Below are positions 21,401-32,662 of a stretch of 64,000 nucleotides of DNA, piece by piece. Source of the stretch: Epithemia pelagica (Eukaryota > Protista > Bacillariophyta). Positions within the stretch are counted from its first letter, which is position 1; each line of letters opens with the position of its first letter. Made by a program: the position numbers and the translations under genes. The notes beneath the pieces were generated by a model that did no database searches, was not told the origin of the DNA, and saw only the letters and a list, made by a program, of their open reading frames with translations. Where the stretch lies: assembly GCA_946965045.2 (NCBI GenBank), contig OX337235.1, positions 3,286,001 through 3,350,000 on the forward strand, read 5' to 3'.

Positions 21401-23262
21401 ATGCGTCTCTCTACCTCCAGCTTCACCATGGTGCTCACCGCTCTCCTGGGAACTGTGGATACGGTTCATGGCCATGGATACCTCAAGTCGCCTCGAAGCC
21501 GCAACTGGGTAGCCCATGAGGATGGTGTGAATGGACAGCAAGCCGGTCTACCACCCAGGGAGTACTGTCCGCATTGCCTCAATACAAATGCCGCGGAAGA
21601 CTACATCGACCAGCAGCTCGTGTGTGGTGAATCTCCCTATGGAGAATACAACTGGAAGGGTTGGAAGGATTCCACGGGAGTTCGCATGGCTTGGAATTCA
21701 CAAGCAACCTATGAGGAAGGAGATGTCATTTCCATCGTTAGTTATCTTACCGCGCATCACAATGGACATTGTGAGGTCAAGGCCTGTGTACTCAAGGACC
21801 CCGTCAATGACTACCCGACTCAAGCCTGTTTTGATGCCAACCCACTCACCTTTGTCTCAGATCCATTGACCGGCATGCCCAAGGATAACAACTACGAACA
21901 TCGAGGATATTACTCTGGTGGTTTAAACGGCCCGAGAAAAGAGTTTGAAATGTACTTCAAGTTGCCCGACAATGTCAAGGGCGATCACGTTCTTCTGCAG
22001 TGGTAAGTTGGTCGTCCCGTTACCAACGTTCATTTTTGGTTGCTCCCAAGACCGTTCTCTTACCCCAATGTTTCATGGTGATTTTTCTTTTCAGGCGCTA
22101 CATTACCGCGAATTCTTGTTCTCCTCCTGGTTATTCGGAATACTTTAACGATTATTCTCTTCCGAGTAACTTTTGGAATCCTGGTCTTGGTTTGTGCAAT
22201 CCCCCTTACCCACAGGATGGAAGTCGTAATTCGGTCCACCCAGAACAGTTCTTCAATTGTGCCGAAGGTATGCTGAATGATTGGATGTCTTCTTCATCTC
22301 TTCCAGGACAATGTGCTAACTGACATTTCTGTGCTTTTGTTTTGGTAGTCACCATTTTGAACGCATCACCCACCGTTTCGCCGGCGCCCACCACGAGTCC
22401 CACCACACCGGCTCCAACAATTTTCATGGAGCCAACGGATTCTCCGAATTGTCAACCAAAGGTCTGGAATGAATGTACGGAGCAGGATGGCTGTTGTGGA
22501 GATTTAGTGTGTGTTAAAACGAGTCCTGACTCTGACTATCGGCAATGTCAACCTGCCGGGTCACCAACTCGAGCCCCGGTACCCTCGACTCCTCGCCCCA
22601 CACCGAATCCCACGGCACCCACTCCTCCGACTCCTCGCCCCACGCCCCGTCCCACGGCACCCACTCCTCCTACACAACAGCGACAAGGAGGAGGCGGAGG
22701 CGGAAGCGGAGATCCTTGTTGCACGCATGATTGGAAAACTTGTGCTAATTGGTGCGGAAGTTCTGAATCGGACTGCAAGGCTTGCAGTAACGAGGTGTTT
22801 TGGTTGTACGATGGTCTCCCTGATGTGAACACGTGCTTGCCGCGTTGGGAAATGGGCTGTACCCAGAACTCTGATTGCTGTTATGGAATGGTATGCACCG
22901 AGTGGAAACAGTGCCAATACTATGGTCGCCCCACACCGAATCCCACGCTACCCACTCCTCCGACTCCTCGCCCCACGCCCCGTCCCACGGCACCCTCTCC
23001 TCCTACACAACAGCGACAAGGAGGAGGCGGAGGCGGAAGCGGAGATCCTTGTTGCACGCATGATTGGAAAACTTGTGCTAATTGGTGCGGAAGTTCTGAA
23101 TCGGACTGCAAGGCTTGCAGTAACGAGGTGTTTTGGTTGTACGATGGTCTCCCTGATGTGAACACGTGCTTGCCGCGTTGGGAAATGGGCTGTACCCAGA
23201 ACTCTGATTGCTGTTATGGAATGGTATGCACCGAGTGGAAACAGTGCCAATACTATGGTTGA
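21401..23262 (+). CDS. Secreted lytic polysaccharide monooxygenase (AA15-like) with a CBM1-like module and two identical Cys-rich modules; exons 21401-22002, 22095-22267, 22349-23262 (562 aa)
   Basis: Signal peptide ending ..TVHG then mature His1 HGYLKSPRSRN; second His in LTAHHNGH; LLQWRYITANSC and PEQFFNCAEV motifs are restored by two GT-AG introns (22003-22094, 22268-22348); P/T-rich linkers. Confidence 0.85.
22594..23259 (+). repeat. 333-bp (111-aa) near-identical in-frame tandem duplication
   Basis: 22594-22926 vs 22927-23259; only a few differences, all in the P/T linker. Confidence 0.95.
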
Positions 23263-23597
23263 ACGTTCCATTCAAAACGGTCACTGGCTGCTGTGAAATA
23301 CAGTTCCGTCGAGAAGGGATTGCGTGGCCTTGTGTGGTGTTGATGAACTTTGCCTGAGAATAGATATATACGAAATTAGTTTACAAGTGAAAAGAACTTG
23401 TGCCATGGATGCTCCATCAACTATCCCGAGTGGCATGCACGTACCACAGAGTTGTCGTAGGGATGCGCAGTTGGGCGGAATAAAAGAACTTGACATCTTT
23501 CCCACCTTATTCGCCTGGCCGTACTTTACGGTCGATCGCTCTATCGAGGCTTACTCAGTGTCTTTTTTCTTTCGCCTTCATGGTCTACTTGCTATTG

Positions 23598-26500
23598 CTA
23601 TGGGTTGTCACGTAAACGCTGGGCCCATATTTGTACAGCTCGCGTGACGGCACGAGCCTTGAGCATCATTTCGTCGTATTCGTCCTGCTTGTCGCTCAAG
23701 ACGGTAATGGCCCCTCCTGCTCCAACGTTCACGCTCCATCCATACCGATCACAATCACAACTGCGATTCTCCTCTTTATGCTCGATGACTCCTTCCCGTG
23801 AAGGACATGATGAATGGGACTTACCGTCTTCGTCCCAAGCGGGTGTCAAAACTGCTGTCCGAATAACCTTGTTCATATCAATAGCACCATTGACACTAAT
23901 ATATCCTAGGGCGCCAGAGTAGGGGCCTCGAGGGGCACCTTCTTCCAAGTCATGCAATAAGGCCATGGTTCGCACTTTGGGGGCACCCGTCATGCTTCCT
24001 CCTGGAAAGCAAGCGGTCAAGACGTCAACCGTGGAGTCACTCTCTTCCCGCTCATTTTTGTCGTCAATGTCCAATGCAAATGTTCCTCGAATCGTAGAGA
24101 CCATTTGATGCACTGTTGCGTACGTTTCAATATCCATAAGCTTGGCAACATGGACGGATCCAACTTGACAGACACGACTCAGATCGTTCCGCAACAAATC
24201 CACAATCATGAGATTTTCGGCTCGGTCCTTTTCCGAACAGTGCAAGGCCTTGGCTCGTTCGTGGTCAAGTTTGGCAAAACGCTCCTGTGCAAGCGCACTC
24301 GCATTGTCGGGAGCCACAATGCGAGCTACGGTACCCTTGATGGGTTTTGCTTCCACTTGAAATTCTTGTTTGGACCACTGAGCACCAGCATCCATATTGT
24401 CGCTTCTCGCCATGGGTACAACCGAGATAAATCGTTCCGGAGACGAGCAGCAAATGGACAAGGCAGAGCCAGTACTCGGCGATCCATTGTCGTTGTCAGC
24501 ATTGCTGTTCCAGTCCAAAAATGCCGAAAAAGGAGCCGGATTTTGCTGTCGAAGTACATGGTACAGGTCCAGTGCACTGCTGGTCGTCTGGGACTCTGTT
24601 TGTGCTGGACGACTTGTCCCTGTAGATGAATCCACTTTTACAGTGCCTTCCAACTGGTTTGTGAGGCATAATTCGTAGGATTCTCCATCGTAAATGTGTT
24701 TCATACACATTTCAAAATTGTCATAATATCGTTCCCGTGATCGCTTTGGGACAAACGTGAGAATCTCATCATCGTTCGGTTCCTTGTCGTGTGTCAGTGT
24801 CTCACGCATTGGTGTTCCGCTGTCATTCACCAAATTTGTAGGGGAATGGTCTTGCCGATCCGATCGAGATTCAACCCAGTGCTGCATACGAGCTGATGTT
24901 TCCTGCATCCACTGGATCATTTCACCTTCTCCACGAGTTGAATCGTGTTCCTCATCCTCGGTGCCCGGATGTGAGACGACTACGACACCCACCAAATACC
25001 ACTCTTGCGTTTCATGATGATAGACAAACGACTGATCGGCAAACCCAAAGGCGGCCGTTGGAATTTGCCGATCCGGCGTAATGGGAGGTTTCGTTGGGTT
25101 GGCTGTGAGAGTGTCGGGGTTAGTGTCTCCTGGAGTGGTATTCTCCATGTCGTCATGCATGGTTGGAATCGAGCCATGCTCCTGAGACGCCCACAGTTGT
25201 TCGGTAATGTGACGAACTTCGTATCCCAAATATCCGACATGACCTCCTCGATAGGCAAAGGGCAATTTCGTTTGGACCTGTGATGGCGACAGTGGTTGGA
25301 CGTTCCAGGACCAACGACCCGGTTGTAAAGGAGGAGAGTGGTTCTCCGTCTCGCGCGTATCGTGTACTGGTTCGGATTCCGGATCTTCCCTGGCAACCGC
25401 CTCGACCCAGTGGACCTCTTGGGTGGGATGACAATGCTGCGATTGCAAGTACTCCACAATGTCCTGATCTGGATCGTGTCGATAGGCCACACATCCCATT
25501 GTGGCAGTTTGTTCGCAGTGGTTGGGACGGGGATTCCCCTCGTTTGGAGGTTGCTGCTGCGGCGGAGCGGCAGGGTCCAATGCCGGGGGATGAGTGCAGT
25601 GTTCGGGTTGGTCGTCATCCTTCTCCTTGTAGGGTTGCCACCACCATTCATGAATGCCCCGCAACTGCTTTGGTTTTTCCACACCCCAGTATTCCACTCG
25701 ACGTTGTCGTGGACCAAAGTGTCCCAAAATACTAATGGTCGTCGTCGTGGAGGCCTTTGTCTCGTGTTGCGTGACATCGACTGGATCGTCCTTCTTGTCC
25801 TTGTCCGTGTAGGAGGCTTCATCCAGCCAAAAGTAATACCTCGCATCCCTCTTGTCGTTGTTGTTGTCCTTGTGCTTGGCATGAGAGTTGTCCACCATTA
25901 TTATATCATTCATGACATGTTGGGGACGCAACCAGTGATTGGTACCCAAGGACACCACCTTGTGGACATAGACTTGGTATCGAGGAGACGGAGCGGTGCG
26001 ATTATTCTGTGGTTCTGGTGGGTTGGTCGTGGTGGTCGAGTTGTTGTTGTTGGTGGTGGTGGTCGGTGACAGAGTCGGTGGAGGATGCGCTTGGACTCGT
26101 TGTCTGTTTCTGACTTGTTGTTGTTGTTGTCGTTGTTGTTTGTAGTCGTGACAAATGTGACAAAATCGTTCCAACAGGGCCTTGCCCTGCGGTTGGGATC
26201 CAATGGATTCGGGATGAAATTGGACTCCATAATGAGGATACTGGACATGTTGCAGGGCCATGACCACAGGAGTCGTATTGTCGTCGTCCTCCCAAGTGTC
26301 CGAGGCCGCAAAGGCTGTCGGAACAATGGGCAAATCCGCAGTACTTCCACTACCATGGGAGGTGGGCCAAACCACTTGCAGGGAATGATACCGCGTGACA
26401 TTGTAACTTGGAGGTGGTGGTACGAAACATGTCTCATTCCAGGATCCTGGAAGAGAAGGAAACAAGGAGGGTGCCACGCAGTGTGCTTGTGTTCGTGGCG

Positions 26501-27542
26501 TGGCGTCCCTGTCATTCCAACTAGTACTGGTCGTCGGAAACTCGACGGGATGGACTTGTCCATGGCGGGGTTGGGGTGCGGGGACACAGTCGGCCCCATA
26601 CACGACCCCCATGATTTGATGACCCAAACACACACCCAAAATGGGCAATTGGGGATTGTGAACCATGGCCGAGTGGGCCAAGTGACACATGGTATCGTGG
26701 GCATGTCCTGGACCAGGTGACACGACAATGCCATCCCAATCGTCATTGTCGTTTGATAGTAATTGTAGCACGTCGGTCCAGTGCGTCGCACAATCGGCGG
26801 CCAGGACGGTCGGAGGACGCGTGCAGACTTGTCCCAACAAATCCACCAAATTGTACGTAAAGGAATCGTAATGATCAATCACCAACAAGTTCAAGTCCAA
26901 CGTGTCGTCGTCCGTGCTCGTGTTGTTGTTAGTGTTGGTGGTGGCGGCGGAGAGGGTCGTATCGGCATGGTTGTTGTGGTTGTGGTTGTGGTTGTCGTCG
27001 TCTCGAGCAGTGTGAGTAGGGATCGACCAGACTGTAGGACGAACAGGAGTACTGGCGGTGGTTGCTATGACACTACTGGTGGTTGTTGCTGTGGTGGTGT
27101 GATTGTAGAATGGAGGGTCCACTCCAAATGTCGTTGTTGTCGTCGTCGTTTGCTGCAACGACCAACCACGACCAACACCATGGCGACGACCGTCGTCATT
27201 TCGATCGTCACTCATGGTTGTTGTTGGCGTTTGGTGGTGGTGGCGATTCTTATTCCACCTGGGGTGGTGCTGAAAGGACAACCAAGCGGATTGGGTCCAG
27301 GAGTAACAGGTAGGAATCCATGTCGTAGCAATGAGTCGAACGAGCAACCAAAACGGAGGAACATGATATCGTTGTCGTCGTAAGAGTAGACCCGGCCGTC
27401 GGATGGTACATGTCAGGATCCTCCTCCTGGTTGTCGTTGTCGTCGTTTGTCTTGCACTGATTGTTGTCGTTGGACTGCGACAATGATACCCACTCCTTGT
27501 CCTTGTATCATGACTCGTTGCCGCCGCCGCCGACGACGACAT
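23598..27542 (-). CDS. pabAB: Bifunctional aminodeoxychorismate synthase (PabA GATase + PabB), folate/pABA pathway (1314 aa)
   Basis: IDHYDSFTYNL, GVCLGHQ and GVQFHPES (class I GATase triad); GGHVGYLGYE, SSPERF, KPIKGT, KDRAENLMIVDLLRNDL and FPGGSMTGAPK. Confidence 0.93.
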   Translation of the reverse strand: MSSSAAAATSHDTRTRSGYHCRSPTTTISARQTTTTTTRRRILTCTIRRPGLLLRRQRYHVPPFWLLVRLIATTWIPTCYSWTQSAWLSFQHHPRWNKNRHHHQTPTTTMSDDRNDDGRRHGVGRGWSLQQTTTTTTTFGVDPPFYNHTTTATTTSSVIATTASTPVRPTVWSIPTHTARDDDNHNHNHNNHADTTLSAATTNTNNNTSTDDDTLDLNLLVIDHYDSFTYNLVDLLGQVCTRPPTVLAADCATHWTDVLQLLSNDNDDWDGIVVSPGPGHAHDTMCHLAHSAMVHNPQLPILGVCLGHQIMGVVYGADCVPAPQPRHGQVHPVEFPTTSTSWNDRDATPRTQAHCVAPSLFPSLPGSWNETCFVPPPPSYNVTRYHSLQVVWPTSHGSGSTADLPIVPTAFAASDTWEDDDNTTPVVMALQHVQYPHYGVQFHPESIGSQPQGKALLERFCHICHDYKQQRQQQQQVRNRQRVQAHPPPTLSPTTTTNNNNSTTTTNPPEPQNNRTAPSPRYQVYVHKVVSLGTNHWLRPQHVMNDIIMVDNSHAKHKDNNNDKRDARYYFWLDEASYTDKDKKDDPVDVTQHETKASTTTTISILGHFGPRQRRVEYWGVEKPKQLRGIHEWWWQPYKEKDDDQPEHCTHPPALDPAAPPQQQPPNEGNPRPNHCEQTATMGCVAYRHDPDQDIVEYLQSQHCHPTQEVHWVEAVAREDPESEPVHDTRETENHSPPLQPGRWSWNVQPLSPSQVQTKLPFAYRGGHVGYLGYEVRHITEQLWASQEHGSIPTMHDDMENTTPGDTNPDTLTANPTKPPITPDRQIPTAAFGFADQSFVYHHETQEWYLVGVVVVSHPGTEDEEHDSTRGEGEMIQWMQETSARMQHWVESRSDRQDHSPTNLVNDSGTPMRETLTHDKEPNDDEILTFVPKRSRERYYDNFEMCMKHIYDGESYELCLTNQLEGTVKVDSSTGTSRPAQTESQTTSSALDLYHVLRQQNPAPFSAFLDWNSNADNDNGSPSTGSALSICCSSPERFISVVPMARSDNMDAGAQWSKQEFQVEAKPIKGTVARIVAPDNASALAQERFAKLDHERAKALHCSEKDRAENLMIVDLLRNDLSRVCQVGSVHVAKLMDIETYATVHQMVSTIRGTFALDIDDKNEREESDSTVDVLTACFPGGSMTGAPKVRTMALLHDLEEGAPRGPYSGALGYISVNGAIDMNKVIRTAVLTPAWDEDGKSHSSCPSREGVIEHKEENRSCDCDRYGWSVNVGAGGAITVLSDKQDEYDEMMLKARAVTRAVQIWAQRLRDNP

Positions 27543-28214
27543 GCTGTCGGAAGCACGTTTCTCTCGTATTGGAACACAAATGAGCCGTGGAAGATGATGG
27601 AACTGTATTGTAGAATATTGTAGAGTGCTCTCGTTGGTCCTTGTCGTGCGTTCACAGTTCTATATCATGATGATCTTTCTCTTGCCATCATCCGACATGT
27701 CCGTACGGAGAGAGAAAAATGGTGTGGGTTCCATCATTGTGTGTCTGTCTGAGGATGGATCTGTGATGGACGTGCGACAAAAGAACCGGAACGTGCGCTT
27801 GGTTCCGTGGTGTTCGTTGTTTCCTAGATGCGACCTTCATTCGCTTTGAGCTCGCTTCTATATTTTAGTGCGACCCATGGTCGCTCGTACACCACGTGGT
27901 GGTGTGAAAGATGTGTGGTCCTCCTCCCAAGATTTCTTGGCAGATCAAGCCGCGCGATCGGCAGCAGTTGTTCATCCGTGGTTTCTCGAGTGGCTCGTCA
28001 TCACCGTCGTCTGTCGTCCTTGTTTTTCTCTTCTCTCTGCCTCTCTTGCTTGTGTTGGCTTTATTTCGATTGTGCGCGTGTGGATCCAAGGTCTCGATCT
28101 CTACAGTTTGGTAGAGGACCTTGTGGAGAAAGTAACACACAATCTGCTTCGTTTGGTTCCGGTACCTCACACACACACACACACCAACACACACTTATAT
28201 ATATACCGACCACC

Positions 28215-29651
28215 ATGACCACAACCACAACACCAGTACCACCCGAACCACCCACGGGATGGGGCATTTGGCGTCCTTTCGTACCGGATAGTATCGATGG
28301 ATTGCCCTTGGCCACATCCTTGTCGGATTTGTGGACCGAGTTTCCCTATGATCGGATACCACCGGGTAGTGTCGGAACCTTGGTTCGACCCGAAGCCGTT
28401 CTGCAATCCATGATCTTGTTTGTTGTCAGTTTGCCCTTGTTGAAAGCTCTGGTTCAATGGCAAACACGAAAACAACCAGACTCAAGACAGTTGAGTACGA
28501 CGCAAAATGGTCACTCGTCCAACAATCACCACAGCGATTCCAAATCTTCATCAGCAAAGTCACAGTCCTCGTCGTCCGTTTCGTGGTTGCAAGTCGTGAC
28601 GGCCATTCACAATTTCATTCTGGCCGTCTTTTCCTTGATTTGTGCCTACCAAACCTATGCGCTCACGGCCTGGCACGTGCAGCAGTACGGGGTGTGGAAT
28701 ACCTATTGCGATCCCCATCGCACCTTTTGGAATCAAGCTGGTATGGGACCTTGGAATGTCATTTTTTATCTCAGCAAATTTTACGAATTGGCCGATACCT
28801 GGTTGTTGTTACTGCGTCGCAAACCGGCCACCTTTTTGCAAGTCTATCATCATGCCATGATGATTGCCGCCATGTGGGGTGGTGTCGTGGCTCAAGCTCC
28901 CTGGCTCTTTATTGTCGTCGCCCTCAATTCCGTCATTCATACCCTCATGTATACCTAGTACGTACACAATCACAGAATCACACGCACAATCACACACACA
29001 ATCACACCCACACATAGTGTATCCTCGGTTCGTCAATCTCACACGCTCCAATGCTTTTCTCTCTCTTTCTCTCTTTTTTTTCTCTCTCTCTCTCTCTTTT
29101 GTGTATATGTGTGTGTGTTTGGCGGTGGTGTGTCTCGTGTCCGGTTCATTTTGCTTCTCTTTTTGGTTTGTCTCTTTGGTGTTTCTCGTCTGATTTTCCT
29201 GTCTAAATTCCCATGTGGTGATGAATGAATCAATCCTGTGACAACCACCCATGCTCCTCCTGACCGTGTCCCATGACGCTTGTGGATTCTCACCACCACC
29301 ACCGCACTCGACTACAGTTTTTTGGTCAAGACGCTGTGGCCCAAAATGCACATTGCCTGGGCCAAATACTTGACCCTGGCCCAAATTGCCCAATTCTTTA
29401 CCGGCATTTTCGTGTCCCTGCCCCATTACTATGTCTATGCCCGAGCGCCTCATCTCTGTCCCTCCACCACCAGCAGTGGCATTTTTACCTTGGCCCTCTT
29501 TCATTTGTATGGTCTGAGTTTGATTGTCTTGTTTACCGCCTTTGCCCATCAAAAATACAACAAGCACCACAAGACTGCCAAACCATTGGACCAGACGAGT
29601 TCTACGCCCCATTCGAATCCCACCAAGACCCCGAAATTACACAAATTATAA
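28215..29651 (+). CDS. ELO/GNS1-family fatty-acid elongase; exons 28215-28957 and 29318-29651 (358 aa)
   Basis: KFYELADT, FLQVYHH, NSVIHTLMY|YF and TLAQIAQF motifs; intron GTACGT...TACAG (28958-29317) restores the frame. Confidence 0.9.
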
Positions 29652-30211
29652 ACTCCCAACGAAACGAACGACACGAACGAATGAAACGAAACGAAACGAA
29701 ACGAATCCACCCCGTAGGTTGTTGTTGTTGTTGTTGTTGGACGAGGAAACCCACGACGATTGGTGCGAATCCATATCACAGAAGTAGTACGGCCTCCAAG
29801 CGAACAATATAGATCGAGAGGTGAAAGAGAGAAGGAGCCAAGCAAAGAGGAGTAATAGAAGGATGTAGAGGAGTAGGATCGAGGAGTACTCCTCTAGCTA
29901 CTCCTAGCTGTCATCATTCCTTATGTAGTCTACCTAATCCGCGACTCCAAAGAACCGGGGATCGCTCCGCTACAACGGCTGATGGACAGACGAATGAGGT
30001 GCGAAAGATCCATCACCACACAGTGTTTGGAATTTCACTTGTCACAGAAAGATTTTGTGGTCGAGACACATCCATCACCCATATTGATTCGAACCATCCA
30101 CGTTGTGGAGAATCGTCCATCTCGTGTGTCGCCAAACAGAAACGTGCCTTGTGTGTGTGGAGAGCGAGTGGCAACCACCACGGAGCCTCGTTTGGACGAC
30201 CTGAAACCATC

Positions 30212-31588
30212 ATGCGGTCCTTTTTATTGGTGGGCATACACCCCTCCTTCTCCTCGTGTGAGCCGAGTCGTCGACTGGTTGTCTTGTGGTGGTTGTGGTG
30301 GATGGCCGTGTGGTGGTGCATGTTGTGTCCGGTCCTGGCGCACCACCACCCACCAACCACCAGGACGACAAGATGGTTGCGTCATTGTCGTTGTTGTCGT
30401 CATTCCATGGCCTTTGTGGAACCCGTTCGGTGGGGAGATTCGAATGGCTCGACGACGATTCCTCCTGGATCCACGGCTCGCACCACGATCCACAAAAAGA
30501 GGCAACGACTATTGTGGTCCTCTATTAGGCCACCCTTTGATGGGGAGGAACCCTCCAAGGACCACCACCAGGACCGTCTCGTGGACCAAGAGCAGCAGCC
30601 AGCAACGGATGGTCCTTCTCCTCCTCCTCCTCCTGGTTCTTTGGATCGGTCCCCAAATCGTCGTCGTCGTCAAGTGTTGACGGGCATGGCCGCCAGTGTC
30701 GTTGTGGCACCGACACTGTCGGGAATAGTATTCAATCCATTGTCATTGTCCGGAATGTGTCCATCCGCCCCCAACCAACGGTGGATGGGTGGACCAGCCA
30801 TGGCCCATGCCTTGGATCCGCAAGCGGCGGCGCGCGACTACAATCGTTATGCCGCCACGTACGATTGGTTGGATGGCGGCAATACGGGTAACAATGATGA
30901 TTCATTGGGAGTCGCCTCGTGGTTGGGTATTCCGCAAGCCCGCGCCGACTTGATCGGTCAAGCACGGGGTCATGTCTTGGAATTGGGGGTGGGCACGGGT
31001 CTCAATTTGCCCTACTACAATTGGACGCAACTCGAGTCCCTCACCCTCCTCGATGTCTCGCCCGGCATGTTGCATCAAGCGCAAGACAAGTGGCAGGCCC
31101 TGCAACAAGGGCCACTCCACTCCCAACCACAACAACCGTCGTTGCCACCCATTCGGTGGGTCCAAGGCGATGCCACTTCGGAATTGGTCTCCCTGTTTGG
31201 AACCAATGTGTTTGATACCGTGGTGGATACCTTTTCCCTTTGTGTCATGGGAACCGTGGGAGCCCAAGAGTGCTTGACGCAACAAGTGAGTCGCGTCGTC
31301 AAGCACACTTCTCCCACCACCAAGAGCGGCCGCGTTCTCTTGTTGGAAAATACCCGAGCCTCGGCGCCCTGGCTGGCGTGGTATCAAGATGTCACCGCCT
31401 CCACGGCCGCTCGCATGGGAGGCAAGGGATGTGTCTACAATCAACAAGTCGAACGTTTGCTGCAGCCACCACCAACACCATTACCAACCGTGGACGACCA
31501 CGACACTGTACGATTGCAAATCGTGTCCCAGACCGACTATGCCGCCGGACTCTTTCGCGCCTTTGTGTTGGAACCCGTGTCGTTGTAA
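30212..31588 (+). CDS. Class I SAM-dependent methyltransferase (type 11-like) with a long targeting-like N-terminus; start uncertain
   Basis: Motif I VLELGVGTGLNL, LTLLDVSPGM, FDTVVDTFSLC and GRVLLLE. Confidence 0.85.
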   Translation: MRSFLLVGIHPSFSSCEPSRRLVVLWWLWWMAVWWCMLCPVLAHHHPPTTRTTRWLRHCRCCRHSMAFVEPVRWGDSNGSTTIPPGSTARTTIHKKRQRLLWSSIRPPFDGEEPSKDHHQDRLVDQEQQPATDGPSPPPPPGSLDRSPNRRRRQVLTGMAASVVVAPTLSGIVFNPLSLSGMCPSAPNQRWMGGPAMAHALDPQAAARDYNRYAATYDWLDGGNTGNNDDSLGVASWLGIPQARADLIGQARGHVLELGVGTGLNLPYYNWTQLESLTLLDVSPGMLHQAQDKWQALQQGPLHSQPQQPSLPPIRWVQGDATSELVSLFGTNVFDTVVDTFSLCVMGTVGAQECLTQQVSRVVKHTSPTTKSGRVLLLENTRASAPWLAWYQDVTASTAARMGGKGCVYNQQVERLLQPPPTPLPTVDDHDTVRLQIVSQTDYAAGLFRAFVLEPVSL

Positions 31589-32662
31589 CACACACACACA
31601 CACACAAGAATCCAATCGATAGAGACGCGCGCTCTTTCACTCTTTCTCTCTCTCTTTCTCTCTCTCTACTGTGCTGGTTCGTATACACGGAGAGGGACTC
31701 TCTGTCTCTCTCTTGATAGATTCTATGAACTGTGCTGGTGTGGACCAATGGTATCCAGCTCTCGTCAGTGGTTGGGCCCCGAGTCTCGCTCTCTCGCTCT
31801 GGTTTCGGTTGCTTGTATACTACATGGTAATAGAGGCATGGAATCATCACACTTCCTCTTGTAGAGTTTTATGGGGTTTGGAATGAGTGGTCGTGTGCTC
31901 ATATGACCCAAAAGCGGAGCACTGGAATGGGTCCAGCAAAAAACAAGACTTTACGAAAGGAGACTCGGCCGAGCTTATTGGCGGTGAATCCCTGCCATTC
32001 GTGTGCGGAATACAAAAAGTTGAGGCATGCATCGTTCCGTTGGATTTCATCCTTTTGCTGTCTCTAAAAGTCGATCGATTCCCAGAAACACCAGTGAAAA
32101 AAGGCCTACAGAATCCAAAGTGCGAAAACGGCCTACATAATCCTCTAGTCCAAATATAGACCTCTAGCAAATGTGTTATGTTGGACGCTGTATCACACAG
32201 GAAAGCCCATGGACTCGAACGCCCAGCATTTCCAATCCACATCCCAATGGAACAATGAATGGGCGTTTCGTTTCGCAGGATTCTTGTACCCAAACGCTGC
32301 TGGTGCAAAGCATCGCTCCATCGTTTCTCTCGCTGATTGGTTCGGAAGAGCTTCTTGTGCATGGTATTTGTCGTATCGTGTAGTACAAAAAGAGCAAGCG
32401 GAATGTTTGAAAATTCGTTTCCATGGAAATTGAATCAATGATGAATAACATGAGAAAAAGAGGTTATTCTCGTGAGTCGCTCATTCGTCGTTTCAGATCA
32501 AGTGAGATTGACCTTGAATGGATTGATGTCCGAAATCGGAATGCATCGAATATCCCTACAGTTGCTTCCTAGTTTACTTGAACATGATTTCAATAGGAAC
32601 GAGAATGAGTCTCTTTCCAAATCTTGTGTATCCTTCGAGAGGAATTTGGGGCCCAACCGGTC

